From NCBI GenBank assembly GCA_963977015.1, contig CAXBMO010000018.1, positions 1 to 64,000 on the forward strand: a stretch of DNA of 64,000 bases, written 5' to 3'. Position 1 is the first letter of the stretch. Each line of letters opens with the position of its first letter. The notes under the pieces were generated by a model, which saw only the letters and a program-made list of their open reading frames with translations, searched no databases and was not told the origin of the DNA. This DNA is from an uncultured bacterium (lineage in GTDB: Bacteria > Verrucomicrobiota > Verrucomicrobiia > Verrucomicrobiales > DEV007). The translations under genes were made by a program, and so were the position numbers. Shown here in pieces: positions 9,400 through 20,309 of this stretch.

Positions 9400-10428
9400 A
9401 TGAAACGTGCGTTGAACCTAGCCTTGTTGGCCGGCTTTTTGAGCCTTGGCCTGAGTCAGCTTTCGGCGGATGAGCCCCTGCGGTTTGTGCTCAAAGCCCG
9501 GGCGAGTGAGATTGACCCTCTCGCCAAGCCACATCCCGAAATTGGCTTCATCTTCGAAAAAGACGGAAAGCCCCAGGACGTCCAAGTCGCCAGTGTCGAC
9601 ACGCGAGTCAAAGCCCAGGGCAAGCTCGTCATCTGGATGATGGGCCACAACGACCGCTTGTTCGAACGCCTCAACAGCTACGGGCTCCACGCGATTCAAC
9701 CGCACTATGCCAATCGCTGGTTTTCCCTCGTTTGCCGCGAAGAACCGGTGGGAGACATGTGCCGAGGCAATGTGAGGCTGGAGGCCGCGACCGGCGAGGA
9801 CTTCAGTGAGCATGTCGCGATCCCGAAGCCAGACGGAATGATGGAGCGAACACGCCAGTTCCTGATCTGGCTAAGCCAGGAAAATCTGGATGGAAACTGG
9901 GGACAATTTCTAACCAAAGACCAAAGTGCGGTGCGATGGGACAAAGTGATCATGGCAGGCAGCTCCCATGGCTCAACGACTTCGGCACGATTCGCCAAGC
10001 ACCAGAAAGTGGATCGTGTCGTGATGCTTTGCGGCCCGCGCGACCAGCTTCAGATCTGGCAAAGTCTGCCTTCCGCCACCGCACCGAATCGCTACTTTGG
10101 ATTCAGTCACGTTCTCGACGGCGGCTGGACAGCTGACCACTACTGCCGCTCCTGGGAGCTCCTCGGCCTTCACGAGTTTGGTCCCATCGTCAACATCGAC
10201 GACACCGCGAGTCCCTACCAGAACAGTCGGCGACTGATTTCTGCCGCCGACGTGAAAAACGACTCGGGGCGCGCCCATTCAGCGGTCACACCAGGAGGCG
10301 CTTCGCCCAAAGACGAAAACGGCGTCTTTCTCTACGAACCGGTGTGGAAGTATCTCTTCACCCATCCTGTCGATCAGGTTGGAACGGCAGTGCCAATGGA
10401 TGATGGCTGCGAAAAAAACCAGCGCTAA
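9400..10428 (+). CDS. Secreted alpha/beta-hydrolase-like protein
   Basis: Signal peptide; nucleophile-elbow-like 'MAGSSHGSTT'; C-terminal 'AHSAV'. Confidence 0.55.
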   Translation: MKRALNLALLAGFLSLGLSQLSADEPLRFVLKARASEIDPLAKPHPEIGFIFEKDGKPQDVQVASVDTRVKAQGKLVIWMMGHNDRLFERLNSYGLHAIQPHYANRWFSLVCREEPVGDMCRGNVRLEAATGEDFSEHVAIPKPDGMMERTRQFLIWLSQENLDGNWGQFLTKDQSAVRWDKVIMAGSSHGSTTSARFAKHQKVDRVVMLCGPRDQLQIWQSLPSATAPNRYFGFSHVLDGGWTADHYCRSWELLGLHEFGPIVNIDDTASPYQNSRRLISAADVKNDSGRAHSAVTPGGASPKDENGVFLYEPVWKYLFTHPVDQVGTAVPMDDGCEKNQR

Positions 10429-11290
10429 ATCCCCCCGGTTTCGATGGTCGCGAACCATTCCCGCCGACGAGACGGAATCCTGGGAAACCCGATTCTTTCT
10501 TCTCGGTCATACCAACGTCGTGTTTACGGGGAAACCGGGAAAGCGGGAGACGATCGAAGCGTATTTCTTTTCCAAATCGGAGGCGGAAGCTTTCGAAAAG
10601 CAATTCGGAGGCTCCATCGAATCGTTTCAGGACCAAAACTGGGCCGCACTCAGCAAATCCGGTTCAGCCGGGAAGTCGATTCGAATTCGCGACCGGTTTG
10701 TCGTCGCGCTGGACGACGATCCCAAGTTTTTGAGCCAGCTCCAAAAGGAATTCCCGAATCGCCACATTCTGGAGTTTCCCCCGGACATGGCGTTCGGTAC
10801 CGGCGACCACGCAACCACCGCGACCTGTCTCCGAATGCTGAGCGATCTTCGCCAAAGCCTGCCCAACGGTGATTGGACGTTTCTGGATTTGGGAACCGGC
10901 ACCGGTATCCTCGCAGTCGCAGCCTGCCGATTGGGTGCCAAACAGGTCGTCGCAACGGACTTCGACCCGAAGGCCGTCGAAATCGCGAAATCCAGCCTCG
11001 TGCGCCACCATCTCGACGAAAGTCAGGTTGCGGTCATCGAGCAGGACGCGCTCAGTTGGCGGCCCTCCCAACGGTTCGATGTCGTGGCAGCCAATATTTT
11101 CAGCGACACCCTCATTCAGGTCATGCCCAAGATCCGCCGAAGCGTGAAAAAGGCTGGCTTTGTGGTCCTCTCAGGCATTCTGCGAGAACAGGCTGCCAAC
11201 GTGGAAGCGGCGGCGGAGAAAAATGGACTTGCGCTTCAACGCAAAGTGACTCGAGGGAAATGGGTGAGCCTGTTAGCTCGTGCGGCCTGA
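10400..11290 (+). CDS. prmA: Ribosomal protein L11 methyltransferase
   Basis: 'MAFGTGDHATT', SAM motif 'LDLGTGTGIL', 'VAANI', 'LSGIL'. Confidence 0.9.
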   Translation: MMAAKKTSAKSPRFRWSRTIPADETESWETRFFLLGHTNVVFTGKPGKRETIEAYFFSKSEAEAFEKQFGGSIESFQDQNWAALSKSGSAGKSIRIRDRFVVALDDDPKFLSQLQKEFPNRHILEFPPDMAFGTGDHATTATCLRMLSDLRQSLPNGDWTFLDLGTGTGILAVAACRLGAKQVVATDFDPKAVEIAKSSLVRHHLDESQVAVIEQDALSWRPSQRFDVVAANIFSDTLIQVMPKIRRSVKKAGFVVLSGILREQAANVEAAAEKNGLALQRKVTRGKWVSLLARAA

Positions 11291-11537
11291 CAACCAGCGC
11301 ATTTCATGGCTTCTTTCTCTTGCGTAGAAGGGCTTTCTGGGTAAGGAAGTCAGCCCCATGTTTCTGGGAATCGTAGCCGCCAACCGACTTGCTTCCTGAA
11401 ATGCGGGAACAACGGTTTAATGCAACTCTCGCCCACGGTCATCGATTGCTTCCGATTTCTTTCTCCGGGCACTTCGTGGTTACATTTTACCCCGACAACC
11501 TCTGTTTAACGTCAATATTTTCACCGAACGCCACATC

Positions 11538-12704
11538 ATGGACCTCGTAGCCGACCGCATCAAAAACCTCTCCGAATCGATGACCCTATCGATTACCGCC
11601 ACTGCCAAGCAAATGTATGACGAAGGAATCGACGTTTGCAGCTTTGGTGCCGGCGAGCCTGACCAGGATACCCCCCAGTTCATCAAGCAGGCAGCAATCG
11701 ATGCCTTGGAAGAAGGCAAAACGCGTTACACTCCGGCTTCCGGCATCCCAGCCCTGAGGGAAGCGATCGCCGAGAAGTTTCTGCTCGACAACAACATCGA
11801 AGTCGAGCCGAACCAAGTCGTCGTGAGTTGCGGCGCCAAGCACAGCATTTTCAATGCGATTTCCGCGATTTGCGATCCCGGCGACGAAGTCATGATTCCA
11901 GCTCCGTATTGGACGAGCTATCCGGAAATGGTGAAGACCGTGGGAGCAGAACCCAACATCATCGAAACGAAGTTCGAAAACGGCTGGAAGCTGACGCCTG
12001 AAGAATTTGATGACGCGATGACCGCGAAGACGAAGATGATCATCCTCAACTCGCCAAACAATCCGACCGGCGCAGTCTACAGCGAGGACGAGCTGAGAGC
12101 GATTGGTGAGATCGCAGCCGCGGAAGACATCGTCATTCTTTCAGACGAGATTTACGAAAAGCTGATCTACAACGATCGCAAGCACGTCAGCATCGCCTCC
12201 TTAAGCAAAGAACTCGCCGACCTGACGATCACGGTAAACGGTTTCAGCAAAGCCTACGCAATGACGGGTTGGCGCCTGGGTTACCTGTGCGCGCCCAAGG
12301 AAATCGCCAAGGCAATTGCAACCATTCAGAGCCATACGACCTCCAACGTTACTTCGTTTGCGCAGTATGGTGGATTGGCAGCAATCAAAGCCGATCAACA
12401 GTTTGTCAGCGACATGCGCGACGAGTTCGACATGCGCCGCCAATACATGTTGAATCGCCTTCAGGGAATCAAAAACATCCGCGTGCTCGAGCCAGAGGGA
12501 GCGTTTTACTTCCTGGTCGATACGTCTCCCATGGAGATTAAATCCATCAATTTGGCAGAGAAGCTCCTCAGCCGTTATCAAGTTGCCGTGGTTCCCGGAA
12601 TCGCCTTCGGATATGACCACAGCTTGCGCTTCAGCTATGCAACCGGCCTTGATATCATCAAGAAGGGATTGGATCGCTTCGAAGAGTTTTGCCTTTCGCA
12701 CTGA
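11538..12704 (+). CDS. aspC: PLP-dependent aminotransferase class I (aspartate aminotransferase-like)
   Basis: 'NSPNNPTGAVY', 'SDEIY', PLP lysine 'GFSKAYAMTGWRLGY'. Confidence 0.85.
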   Translation: MDLVADRIKNLSESMTLSITATAKQMYDEGIDVCSFGAGEPDQDTPQFIKQAAIDALEEGKTRYTPASGIPALREAIAEKFLLDNNIEVEPNQVVVSCGAKHSIFNAISAICDPGDEVMIPAPYWTSYPEMVKTVGAEPNIIETKFENGWKLTPEEFDDAMTAKTKMIILNSPNNPTGAVYSEDELRAIGEIAAAEDIVILSDEIYEKLIYNDRKHVSIASLSKELADLTITVNGFSKAYAMTGWRLGYLCAPKEIAKAIATIQSHTTSNVTSFAQYGGLAAIKADQQFVSDMRDEFDMRRQYMLNRLQGIKNIRVLEPEGAFYFLVDTSPMEIKSINLAEKLLSRYQVAVVPGIAFGYDHSLRFSYATGLDIIKKGLDRFEEFCLSH

Positions 12705-12813
12705 TCTCTTGCCTCGGCCAATTCCCGGCCCAAGGACGAATTTCGCCGCCCCTTATTCTAAAGTTTATAATATTTATTGATTATCACGTCTAGGTAACGG
12801 AATTTTGTGCATC

Positions 12814-13287
12814 ATGAAGCGCAAACACTCCTCCATTCGTCTTGCACTTGGTTTCATCGCGGTTGCGTTCTTGACCGGGCAGGCCACTGCGTCATCATCG
12901 CTTGAAGGTACCTACGGAGCTGCATGGCGTAGTTTCAGTGTCCATTCTACGACCGTAGCGCCTCCTGTGAACACCTACAGCATGAGGTATGCGACCGGAA
13001 TCAACGTCACCGACAACCGGGTTCAGCTTGTCAGCAATGGCGGGAATTTTGTTCGCGACGGCCATTCTCAGCCCATCAATCAGCAGGTGTATGCCAACCT
13101 CGAATTGCGGCCCAAATGCGCTCCCACGACATCCAAGAAGAGCTTCAAATTCCGCAAATCTCAGCGGGTTGCAAAATCGGCAACCTTCGCCAGTCATCGC
13201 AAATCCTCGTCGGTTAAAGTGCCTGTGATCGGGCATGCCGGACGTTTCGTGGGAAAACTTTTCGGCAAGAACCGCAAGGTTGCGTAG
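12814..13287 (+). CDS. Hypothetical exported basic protein
   Basis: ORF with signal-peptide-like N-terminus and Lys/Arg/Ser-rich C-terminus; AT-rich upstream region. Confidence 0.55.
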   Translation: MKRKHSSIRLALGFIAVAFLTGQATASSSLEGTYGAAWRSFSVHSTTVAPPVNTYSMRYATGINVTDNRVQLVSNGGNFVRDGHSQPINQQVYANLELRPKCAPTTSKKSFKFRKSQRVAKSATFASHRKSSSVKVPVIGHAGRFVGKLFGKNRKVA

Positions 13288-13389
13288 CGAAACTGAGAAA
13301 AAAGTTCGCAACTGCCATCGGTAGCTTCGTCTAGGTGGGTCCAAGTTCCCTTATCGGGATTCGACCTCAACCCTTAGCTGCAACTACCG

Positions 13390-13743
13390 ATGAAAATCTT
13401 TGCCCTCTCCGCCTCTGCCGCCCTGGCAGTTCTACTTCTGGCCCCGACCACCGCTTCCGCAGGTCATCCCTCGCGCAAGGTCTCGGGGCATTGCAACGTT
13501 TGCCGCCAGCCGGTTTATGCTTACCCAACCGTGATCGGCTACAATCACTACCGCCAGCCTATTGTTCGCTGGATTTCGAGACCGCATAGTCACGGACATT
13601 CGTATCGCAGCCGCAGCCCCTATGATTACGGTCGTTCCAGCTACGGGCGAGGTTCGAGCTGCCCACAGGATTATCGGGGTCACCCTTCGTCCCGCTACCG
13701 GAGCAGTCGAGGAACCTCTTTCCAATTTAGCTTTGGGCGGTAA
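13390..13743 (+). CDS. Hypothetical small secreted protein, R/S/Y/H/G-rich with CxxC
   Basis: Signal peptide 'MKIFALSASAALAVLLLAPTTASA', 'HCNVC', followed by a terminator. Confidence 0.65.
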   Translation: MKIFALSASAALAVLLLAPTTASAGHPSRKVSGHCNVCRQPVYAYPTVIGYNHYRQPIVRWISRPHSHGHSYRSRSPYDYGRSSYGRGSSCPQDYRGHPSSRYRSSRGTSFQFSFGR

Positions 13744-13773
13744 CCACCGCTTGAGCACCAACTGCTGAACGAT

Positions 13774-13811
13774 CGGGGAATGGAGGAAACTTCATTCCCC
13801 GCTCCTTTTTT
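13774..13811 (+). terminator. Rho-independent terminator
   Basis: CGGGGAATGGAG-GAAA-CTTCATTCCCCG hairpin followed by a T tract. Confidence 0.7.
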
Positions 13812-13887
13812 GGAGAATCCTGGATTATAAATCGACAAATCGATTATAATCGCACACAAAGTACCGGATCTGTAACGATCTATTGGT

Positions 13888-14916
13888 ATGGAGATCATCG
13901 ACCAACTCGCTGTGGCTCTGGGGTTCGCAACCCTGGCGGGCATCAATCTTTACCTAACCGCCTTTGTCACTGGTCTCGCGGTACGAATGCAGTGGTTGAT
14001 CCTCTCCCCCGAATATCACGAGCTTTCAGTCTTGGGCTCAGACTTGGTTTTGGTGGTGGCGGGCGCGCTCATGGTTGTTGAGGTGATGGCAGACAAAGTT
14101 CCCTGGGTTGATAGCGTGTGGGATTCCTTTCATACGTTGATTCGCCCCGTGGGCGGCGGTCTCATGGCGATCTCCACCCTCGGCACCGTTGATCCGGAGT
14201 TTCAGGTGGTGATCGGATTGGTTGCCGGTGGCGCGACCATGGTGAGCCACGGATTCAAGGCTGGAACCCGCCTCGTCGTCAACAACTCGCCTGAGCCGGT
14301 TTCCAACTTCGCAGTCAGCGCGATTGAAGACACGGCCGTCATCGGAGGCTTGGCCCTGATGTCGGTCTCGCCCAAAACCATGGCTGTGGTTTGCGTGATA
14401 TTCCTCGCTTTTGCCATCTTCATTTTCCCGAAAATGTTCCGCCGAATTCGCGGCTTCTACTGGCTTCTCTACCAGAATCTCTTTGGCACCGACCGAAAGG
14501 AACTCACCCACACTCTGAATCCAGACGAAGATCTGGCGCTTTCCAACATTGCCCAAAATACGGAGGTTCTCTGGACCGCCCAGGTTCTCACCGGCAAATC
14601 GAAGGGCTTGCCAGGCGTGAAACCGTGGCTTTTTGGGCGATTGGTCGCGGTTCGGGGACAAGAAACCAAACTCTATTTTGTCGGTCGACGCTGGCGGCAA
14701 CACTTCTGTCTCAAGCTCGGCGGTGAAGATCTCCAACTCGCCTACGAGCCGGGACTACTCAGCGAACGGATCTCCATCTACGACCGGGGAGGAAGTTTCC
14801 AAGTGGCTTTCCGCATGCCCCGCAGCCAGGCGGAACTCGCCAAACGCGTCGTTATCGCTTTGCGGGAAATTCTTTCAAGTCTCAAGACTCCGGCACTTGG
14901 ACCGGTGCCTTCCTAA
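13888..14916 (+). CDS. DUF4126 family membrane protein
   Basis: 'LAGINLYLT', 'EVMADKVPWVDSVWD..HT.IRP', 'SPEPVSN..VS..ED'. Confidence 0.85.
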   Translation: MEIIDQLAVALGFATLAGINLYLTAFVTGLAVRMQWLILSPEYHELSVLGSDLVLVVAGALMVVEVMADKVPWVDSVWDSFHTLIRPVGGGLMAISTLGTVDPEFQVVIGLVAGGATMVSHGFKAGTRLVVNNSPEPVSNFAVSAIEDTAVIGGLALMSVSPKTMAVVCVIFLAFAIFIFPKMFRRIRGFYWLLYQNLFGTDRKELTHTLNPDEDLALSNIAQNTEVLWTAQVLTGKSKGLPGVKPWLFGRLVAVRGQETKLYFVGRRWRQHFCLKLGGEDLQLAYEPGLLSERISIYDRGGSFQVAFRMPRSQAELAKRVVIALREILSSLKTPALGPVPS

Positions 14917-14922
14917 AAGAAT

Positions 14923-17900
14923 CTAGCGAAGGAACACAAAATCCTTGGTGTTGAAAAGAGCGTGCGCCAGGTCGGCCCACGCCTTTTCTGTTTCTCCGCC
15001 ATGCTCCTGAATCTGAGCTTTCAGAAAATTCTCCAGCATTTCCACCGTGGCATCGGAGGGATGCACACTCAACGCCTGCTCATACATCGCAATGATTCGC
15101 GACTTCGAATCCAACGAGAAGTCTCCCAATTCGGCCTGTGCCCACACTTTTGACTGTTCGATGACGAAGGGGTCATTCAGCATCACCAAGGCTTGGGCGG
15201 GAACATTGGAGTTACTTCTCCGGCCCTTGGGGCCAAACGGTCCCGGCATATCAAAGGTGAGCATGAAAGGGCTCAGGAAATTCCGGTAAATCGAGAGGTA
15301 AATACTGCGCCGCCCATTGCCGTCCAGAGGACCACTCCGGCGACCTCCACGTCCGGACATGAAGGCCGTCCGATGCGTGGCGATGCTCGGGCCATACAAT
15401 TCTGGGTTGAGTCGGCCCGATACGCTCAACAACGCATCACGAATGGCTTCCGCCTGCAGACGCCGAACCGGCATCCGATGCATCAGCACATTGTTAGGAT
15501 CAATCGCGGCGATTCGAGAGGAATCCAGGGATGGATGCGCGACGCTGGACTGTTGATAGGTCTGTGAAAGCACAATTTGGCGAATCGCCGTCTTCACGGA
15601 CCATCCGTTCTCGACAAACTCGCTCGCCAACCAATCCAGTAACTCGGGATGACTTGGAGCCCGGCCCTGAGGCCCAAAATCATCAACCGTTGGAACGATG
15701 CCTCTTCCAAACAAATGGTGCCAGAGGCGGTTGACCATCACTCGAGCCGTCAATGGATTCCCGGGATCCGCCATCTGATTTGCGAGGTCCAACCGATTTC
15801 CTTCCACCGCGCCAAACGCCTCCAGGTATCGGTTGGGAACCTCGGGGCCACGGCTCTTGTGACTCCCCCGAATGTAAACCTGCGCTTGCTCGGAAGTGCC
15901 TTGGGCCATTGCGACCGCAAACCGGGCCGGCGGTAACGCACCGGCCAACTGGACGCCTTCATCCAACAGCGTGGCCAGGCCAGGATGAACATCTCCCAAC
16001 GTAATGAGCTGATTCCTGCTTAGCCAGTTGAGAACCCCGGGATCACCGGTTTCCCAGGCCTTGTCGAGCAAACTCGCGACTTGCGCATCGGTCTCCGGCG
16101 CAGCCGTGCCCAGCAACGCCAGAACCAGCGGGTGCGGTTTGCGAGCAACCGGCCCCCGGCTACTGAAGCGAACCTCGTCAACGGCAACGAATCCATCGCC
16201 AGCATCGACAAATTCCAGATAGGCCCGATGACCGACGTATTTGCTCAGGTTTCCCGCGATCTGGTGCCAGTGAAACTCGCCCTCGGTGTCGGTCTTGGTG
16301 AGAACCGTTCCCCGAAAGAGCAGACTTTGATAAACCGCCATGTGGTAGTTGTCGATGACCACACGAACCATTGCGTTCTTCGTTTTCTGTCGAATGTGAA
16401 TCGCGCCCGGACGGATCTCAAAGGTGGGCGAGCGAAGGGTTCCGACGTGGTTCCGTCCGAGCGCACCGCTGTCGACCGTTCCAGGCTCGGCGATGGGATT
16501 CTCCGGATCAAACCGCAGCGTCTTGCGGTCGCCTGTCGAAACGAATGCATCTCCGGTCGTGGTCCAGCCTTTCGGCAGAGTCGTTCCCGAAAAATCAGCG
16601 AACAACTCGGTCTCGTCTTGGTATTTTGCGAGCGCCTCGGCGTAACCTTTCCAATTGGGAAGCCGGCCAACTTTCTGGTCCAATGTCCATTGGCTGAGGA
16701 GCGCTTCGGGAGTCCCGGACTTGGCATCCACCGAAGCCAGAATCTTGCACCAAGCCAGCAACCTGGCGGAATCCAGCCCCGAATTTTCCGCGACTGCAGC
16801 GATCTCCGGCTGAACCGGAATGGGGCGGTAGGGCTGATCGATCCGGTGATCTGAAAACACAATGTGGTCAACGTTGATGTGCCCCCAGCCGCCGCTCGAA
16901 TTGTCGATGATCCAAATTCGCGCCTCCATGCCAATCCACGGGGTGACGTCCCAAGTGGCGGCCTCCAATTTTTCGTCGTCCTTGCCAAAGGTCTGCAGGA
17001 CCGGTTTGCCGTCGACCTGAATCTCAATCCGGGTTTGTCCTGACTTTCCGCCGCCGACCAACAAATTCACGAAGGGCTTCTCGATAACAAAAGAATCGGA
17101 GATGAGCTTTCCTACCGGTCGGTCGCCGTCGATGTAGCTGTTGACCAATCCTTTGCCTTGGAACCCGGAAACCGGTTCTTGATTCGCGAATGCCCCCTTT
17201 ACTGGAGCGTCGCCCATCGCCTCTCCTTCAACCTTCCAGCCGTCGTAACCGGATTCGAAGTCCTCGAACACGATTCCATCCCAGGGATCCGGCTCGGGCT
17301 CTGCGGCCTTGGCCCGAACGAGTTTGGCTGCGGCGAGAAAATAGTCGCTCACGTTGTCCTCCGCGATGGGAGCGGCGAGCAAGGGCTCCGCCTGGGTTTG
17401 CAGCTGCTTCTGGCGAATCGCCGCCCGTTCGCGAACCCGGTTGGGATCAAGCGGGTAGTCCGTTCGGGCGCTCCCATGCAGATATCCGGTTAACGCGTAA
17501 TAATCAGCCGTTGAGATCGCATCAAACTTATGATCATGACAACGGGCGCAGGCAATCGTCAGCCCTTGAAACGCTTTTCCCATCACATCAATCTGACTGT
17601 CTTGATGATCTGCCTCGTCTTGCAGCACATCCGTTGGCGCGTGAGTTGCGTCGTGGAAATACCAGAATCCAGTCGCGATGACCGATTCATTGAATTGCTC
17701 TTGGGAGTGAAGTCTTGGTTCCTGAAGCAGATCGCCCGCGATGTGTTCTCGAATGAATTCGTCGTACGGCAGGTCCAGGTTGAAGGCCCGAATCAGGTAG
17801 TCGCGGTATTCGTGAGCGTTCGGAATTGGGTAGTCAAATTCGTGCCCGCATGTCTCCGCATAGCGAACGAGGTCCATCCAGTGACGCGCCCACTTCTCGC

Positions 17901-18600
17901 CGAAATGGGGAGACGCCAGGAGTTCATCCACAATCTCAGGCCGACTTTTCGACTCTGCATCGCGAATCTGCTCGGGAGTAGGAGGCAACCCAACCAAATC
18001 AAAATAGACCCGGCGAAGCCAGATGCGATCGTCCGCGCGTTCCGCGGGTTTCAAACCAGCCTGCTCCAATCGCGCCAGAATGAACCGATCAATCTCAGAC
18101 GCCGCCCAGGATTCGTTCCTGGTCGCAGGAACCTCCGGACGCTCAACTGGTCGCCAACTCCAATGCTCAGCAAACCGCTTCTCGAGGTCAAACGCCTCCA
18201 CCAATCCTTTTTTGGCTTCCACCTTTTCCCGAGGATCGGGCGCCCCCATTTTGACCCAGGCTTCAAGGTCCGAGATTTGCTGGTCCGTAAGCTTCGATTT
18301 CGGCGGCATCGCATCAACAACCTCCTCAGTTCGCCGGACTGCATCAATCAAAATACTCTCGTCAGGATCTCCCGGAATGATGGCCGGCCCCGAGTCACCA
18401 CCGGTTTCCCAACCCCATCTTGAATCCAAGAACAAGCCGCCTTTCAACTTCTTCGCATCGTTGGAATGGCAGCTGTAGCAGTGTTCGGCCAGGACCGGTC
18501 GAACTTTGGCCTCAAAAAACTCCAACTGCTCAGCTGGAAGGTCGGCGGCTGTCGCGACCATGAGATTGACCGCAACAAGGGAAAGAATCAGACGAAACAT
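14923..18600 (-). CDS. Planctomycete cytochrome c (PSCyt1) + DUF1549 + DUF1553 protein with inserted carbohydrate-binding-like domains
   Basis: 'CYSCH', '[17 protein letters not shown]', 'CARCHDHKFD', 'NPLTARVMVNRLW', 'PSHPELLDWLA'. Confidence 0.92.
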   Translation of the reverse strand: MFRLILSLVAVNLMVATAADLPAEQLEFFEAKVRPVLAEHCYSCHSNDAKKLKGGLFLDSRWGWETGGDSGPAIIPGDPDESILIDAVRRTEEVVDAMPPKSKLTDQQISDLEAWVKMGAPDPREKVEAKKGLVEAFDLEKRFAEHWSWRPVERPEVPATRNESWAASEIDRFILARLEQAGLKPAERADDRIWLRRVYFDLVGLPPTPEQIRDAESKSRPEIVDELLASPHFGEKWARHWMDLVRYAETCGHEFDYPIPNAHEYRDYLIRAFNLDLPYDEFIREHIAGDLLQEPRLHSQEQFNESVIATGFWYFHDATHAPTDVLQDEADHQDSQIDVMGKAFQGLTIACARCHDHKFDAISTADYYALTGYLHGSARTDYPLDPNRVRERAAIRQKQLQTQAEPLLAAPIAEDNVSDYFLAAAKLVRAKAAEPEPDPWDGIVFEDFESGYDGWKVEGEAMGDAPVKGAFANQEPVSGFQGKGLVNSYIDGDRPVGKLISDSFVIEKPFVNLLVGGGKSGQTRIEIQVDGKPVLQTFGKDDEKLEAATWDVTPWIGMEARIWIIDNSSGGWGHINVDHIVFSDHRIDQPYRPIPVQPEIAAVAENSGLDSARLLAWCKILASVDAKSGTPEALLSQWTLDQKVGRLPNWKGYAEALAKYQDETELFADFSGTTLPKGWTTTGDAFVSTGDRKTLRFDPENPIAEPGTVDSGALGRNHVGTLRSPTFEIRPGAIHIRQKTKNAMVRVVIDNYHMAVYQSLLFRGTVLTKTDTEGEFHWHQIAGNLSKYVGHRAYLEFVDAGDGFVAVDEVRFSSRGPVARKPHPLVLALLGTAAPETDAQVASLLDKAWETGDPGVLNWLSRNQLITLGDVHPGLATLLDEGVQLAGALPPARFAVAMAQGTSEQAQVYIRGSHKSRGPEVPNRYLEAFGAVEGNRLDLANQMADPGNPLTARVMVNRLWHHLFGRGIVPTVDDFGPQGRAPSHPELLDWLASEFVENGWSVKTAIRQIVLSQTYQQSSVAHPSLDSSRIAAIDPNNVLMHRMPVRRLQAEAIRDALLSVSGRLNPELYGPSIATHRTAFMSGRGGRRSGPLDGNGRRSIYLSIYRNFLSPFMLTFDMPGPFGPKGRRSNSNVPAQALVMLNDPFVIEQSKVWAQAELGDFSLDSKSRIIAMYEQALSVHPSDATVEMLENFLKAQIQEHGGETEKAWADLAHALFNTKDFVFLR

Positions 18601-18614
18601 ATTCAGGAACGGGG

Positions 18615-20048
18615 TTAGGCGATGATCTCGTGAATGATGTGACCATGCACATCGGTTAACCGCATATCACGTCCACCAAAGCGAACCGTGCTCTGCGTGT
18701 GTTCAATCCCCAACAGATGCAGCATCGTTGCGTGGAGATCGTGAATCTCCCATCGGTCCTCCACTGCTTTGTAGCCAAAATCATCGGTCTGGCCAACGCT
18801 CGCCCCACCTTTCACACCTCCTCCGGCCATCCACATCGTGAACCCGTACGGGTTGTGGTCCCGCCCGTTTGATCCTTGCGCGAAAGGCGTCCGTCCAAAT
18901 TCCCCGCCCCACACCACCAACGTCGAATCGAGCATTCCGAGACGCTTCAAATCCTTGATCAACGCCGCGATCGGCTGATCCACCGTTTGGCAATTCTTGG
19001 TATGGCCATCCTCCAGATTTCCATGCTGGTCCCATCGATCTCCATTTCCTCCCGGGCACGTTAGCTCAATGAATCGAACACCTCGTTCGACCAGACGCCG
19101 CGCGAGCAAACATTGAAGCCCGAATGTCTGCGTGTTCTTGAAGTCCGCATCCAGACCGTAGAGTTTCTTCACGGATTCCGGCTCACCCTTCAGATCCATC
19201 AAGTCCGGAACCGCAGTCTGCATGCGGTAGGCGGTTTCGTAATTCTGAATCGCGGCTTCCACTTGAGAATCACCATTCAGAGCTTCAAGAGATTGCTGGT
19301 CGAGCTGGCGAATCAAATCGAGCTTGTTGCGCTGAAGTTTCGGCTTCGGCTCGGAAGGGGTGATGTTCGCAATGGGATGGGCTTGCGGAAGGAACACGGA
19401 CCCCTGATAAGCGGCGGGCAAAAACCCGGAACCAAAACAGTCCAAGCCACCGGGTGGAATCAAGCCGCCGTTCAGAACGACAAAGCCAGGCAAATTTTGG
19501 TTCACGCTCCCCAGCCCATAGCCCAACCATGCCCCCATGCTGGGGCGTCCCTGCAATCCGGAACCGGTGTGGAGAAAGTAGTTGGCGGAGGTATGCTCCG
19601 AGAACTGGGATGTCATTGATTTGATGATCGCCAGGTCATCGGCAACCGTCGCCATGTGAGGGAACAGATCACTCACCCAATGCCCGCATTCGCCATACTG
19701 TTTGAAGTTCCATGGCGATTTGAGAACCTTGCCGATGGAGTCAAACTGAGTGGGCTCCAGCTTTCCGATGGCTTCGCGAGGGTCCACCCCGTGATATTTC
19801 TCCAGGAGCGGTTTATAGTCGAACGTGTCCACATGGGAAGGGCCGCCGTCCATGTAGAGAAAAATGACATTCTTCGCGCGAGCTGCAAAATGAGGCACTT
19901 TGGGCGCTAGAGGGTTCGTCCGCCCAGCGGCAGCTTTGGCTGTCGATTGGGCAAGCGCACTCAATGCAACGGCACCAAATCCGTTGGCACAACGTTTCAG
20001 CATTTCTCGACGACTCGTTGATTGGGCAACGAAATTTTGGCAGTGCAT
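18615..20048 (-). CDS. DUF1501 domain protein (Tat-like signal)
   Basis: 'SRREML', '[20 protein letters not shown]', 'WGGEFGRTP', 'GRDHNP'. Confidence 0.92.
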   Translation of the reverse strand: MHCQNFVAQSTSRREMLKRCANGFGAVALSALAQSTAKAAAGRTNPLAPKVPHFAARAKNVIFLYMDGGPSHVDTFDYKPLLEKYHGVDPREAIGKLEPTQFDSIGKVLKSPWNFKQYGECGHWVSDLFPHMATVADDLAIIKSMTSQFSEHTSANYFLHTGSGLQGRPSMGAWLGYGLGSVNQNLPGFVVLNGGLIPPGGLDCFGSGFLPAAYQGSVFLPQAHPIANITPSEPKPKLQRNKLDLIRQLDQQSLEALNGDSQVEAAIQNYETAYRMQTAVPDLMDLKGEPESVKKLYGLDADFKNTQTFGLQCLLARRLVERGVRFIELTCPGGNGDRWDQHGNLEDGHTKNCQTVDQPIAALIKDLKRLGMLDSTLVVWGGEFGRTPFAQGSNGRDHNPYGFTMWMAGGGVKGGASVGQTDDFGYKAVEDRWEIHDLHATMLHLLGIEHTQSTVRFGGRDMRLTDVHGHIIHEIIA

Positions 20049-20309
20049 GGGGAACACAGGGTTTCAGGGGTCTAAGATATTGTCGATGACGTGATGCGTA
20101 ACGATCCTTCGTCCTTCGGTCGATCTGGAGAGAACAGTTCCGGTATGGTCCTTTTCCAGGAACCATTTGGAACGTTCCAGAACACATCTGCTCAATTTTC
20201 GTTCTCGCTGTCAAGACATCGGCTCCCCGTCAGAACTCGTAGTCGCCCCTTTAATTAAACTCTATCCCAACTTGATTATCATGTCGTTCTGATAGGGTTA
20301 CCCAGCCCC

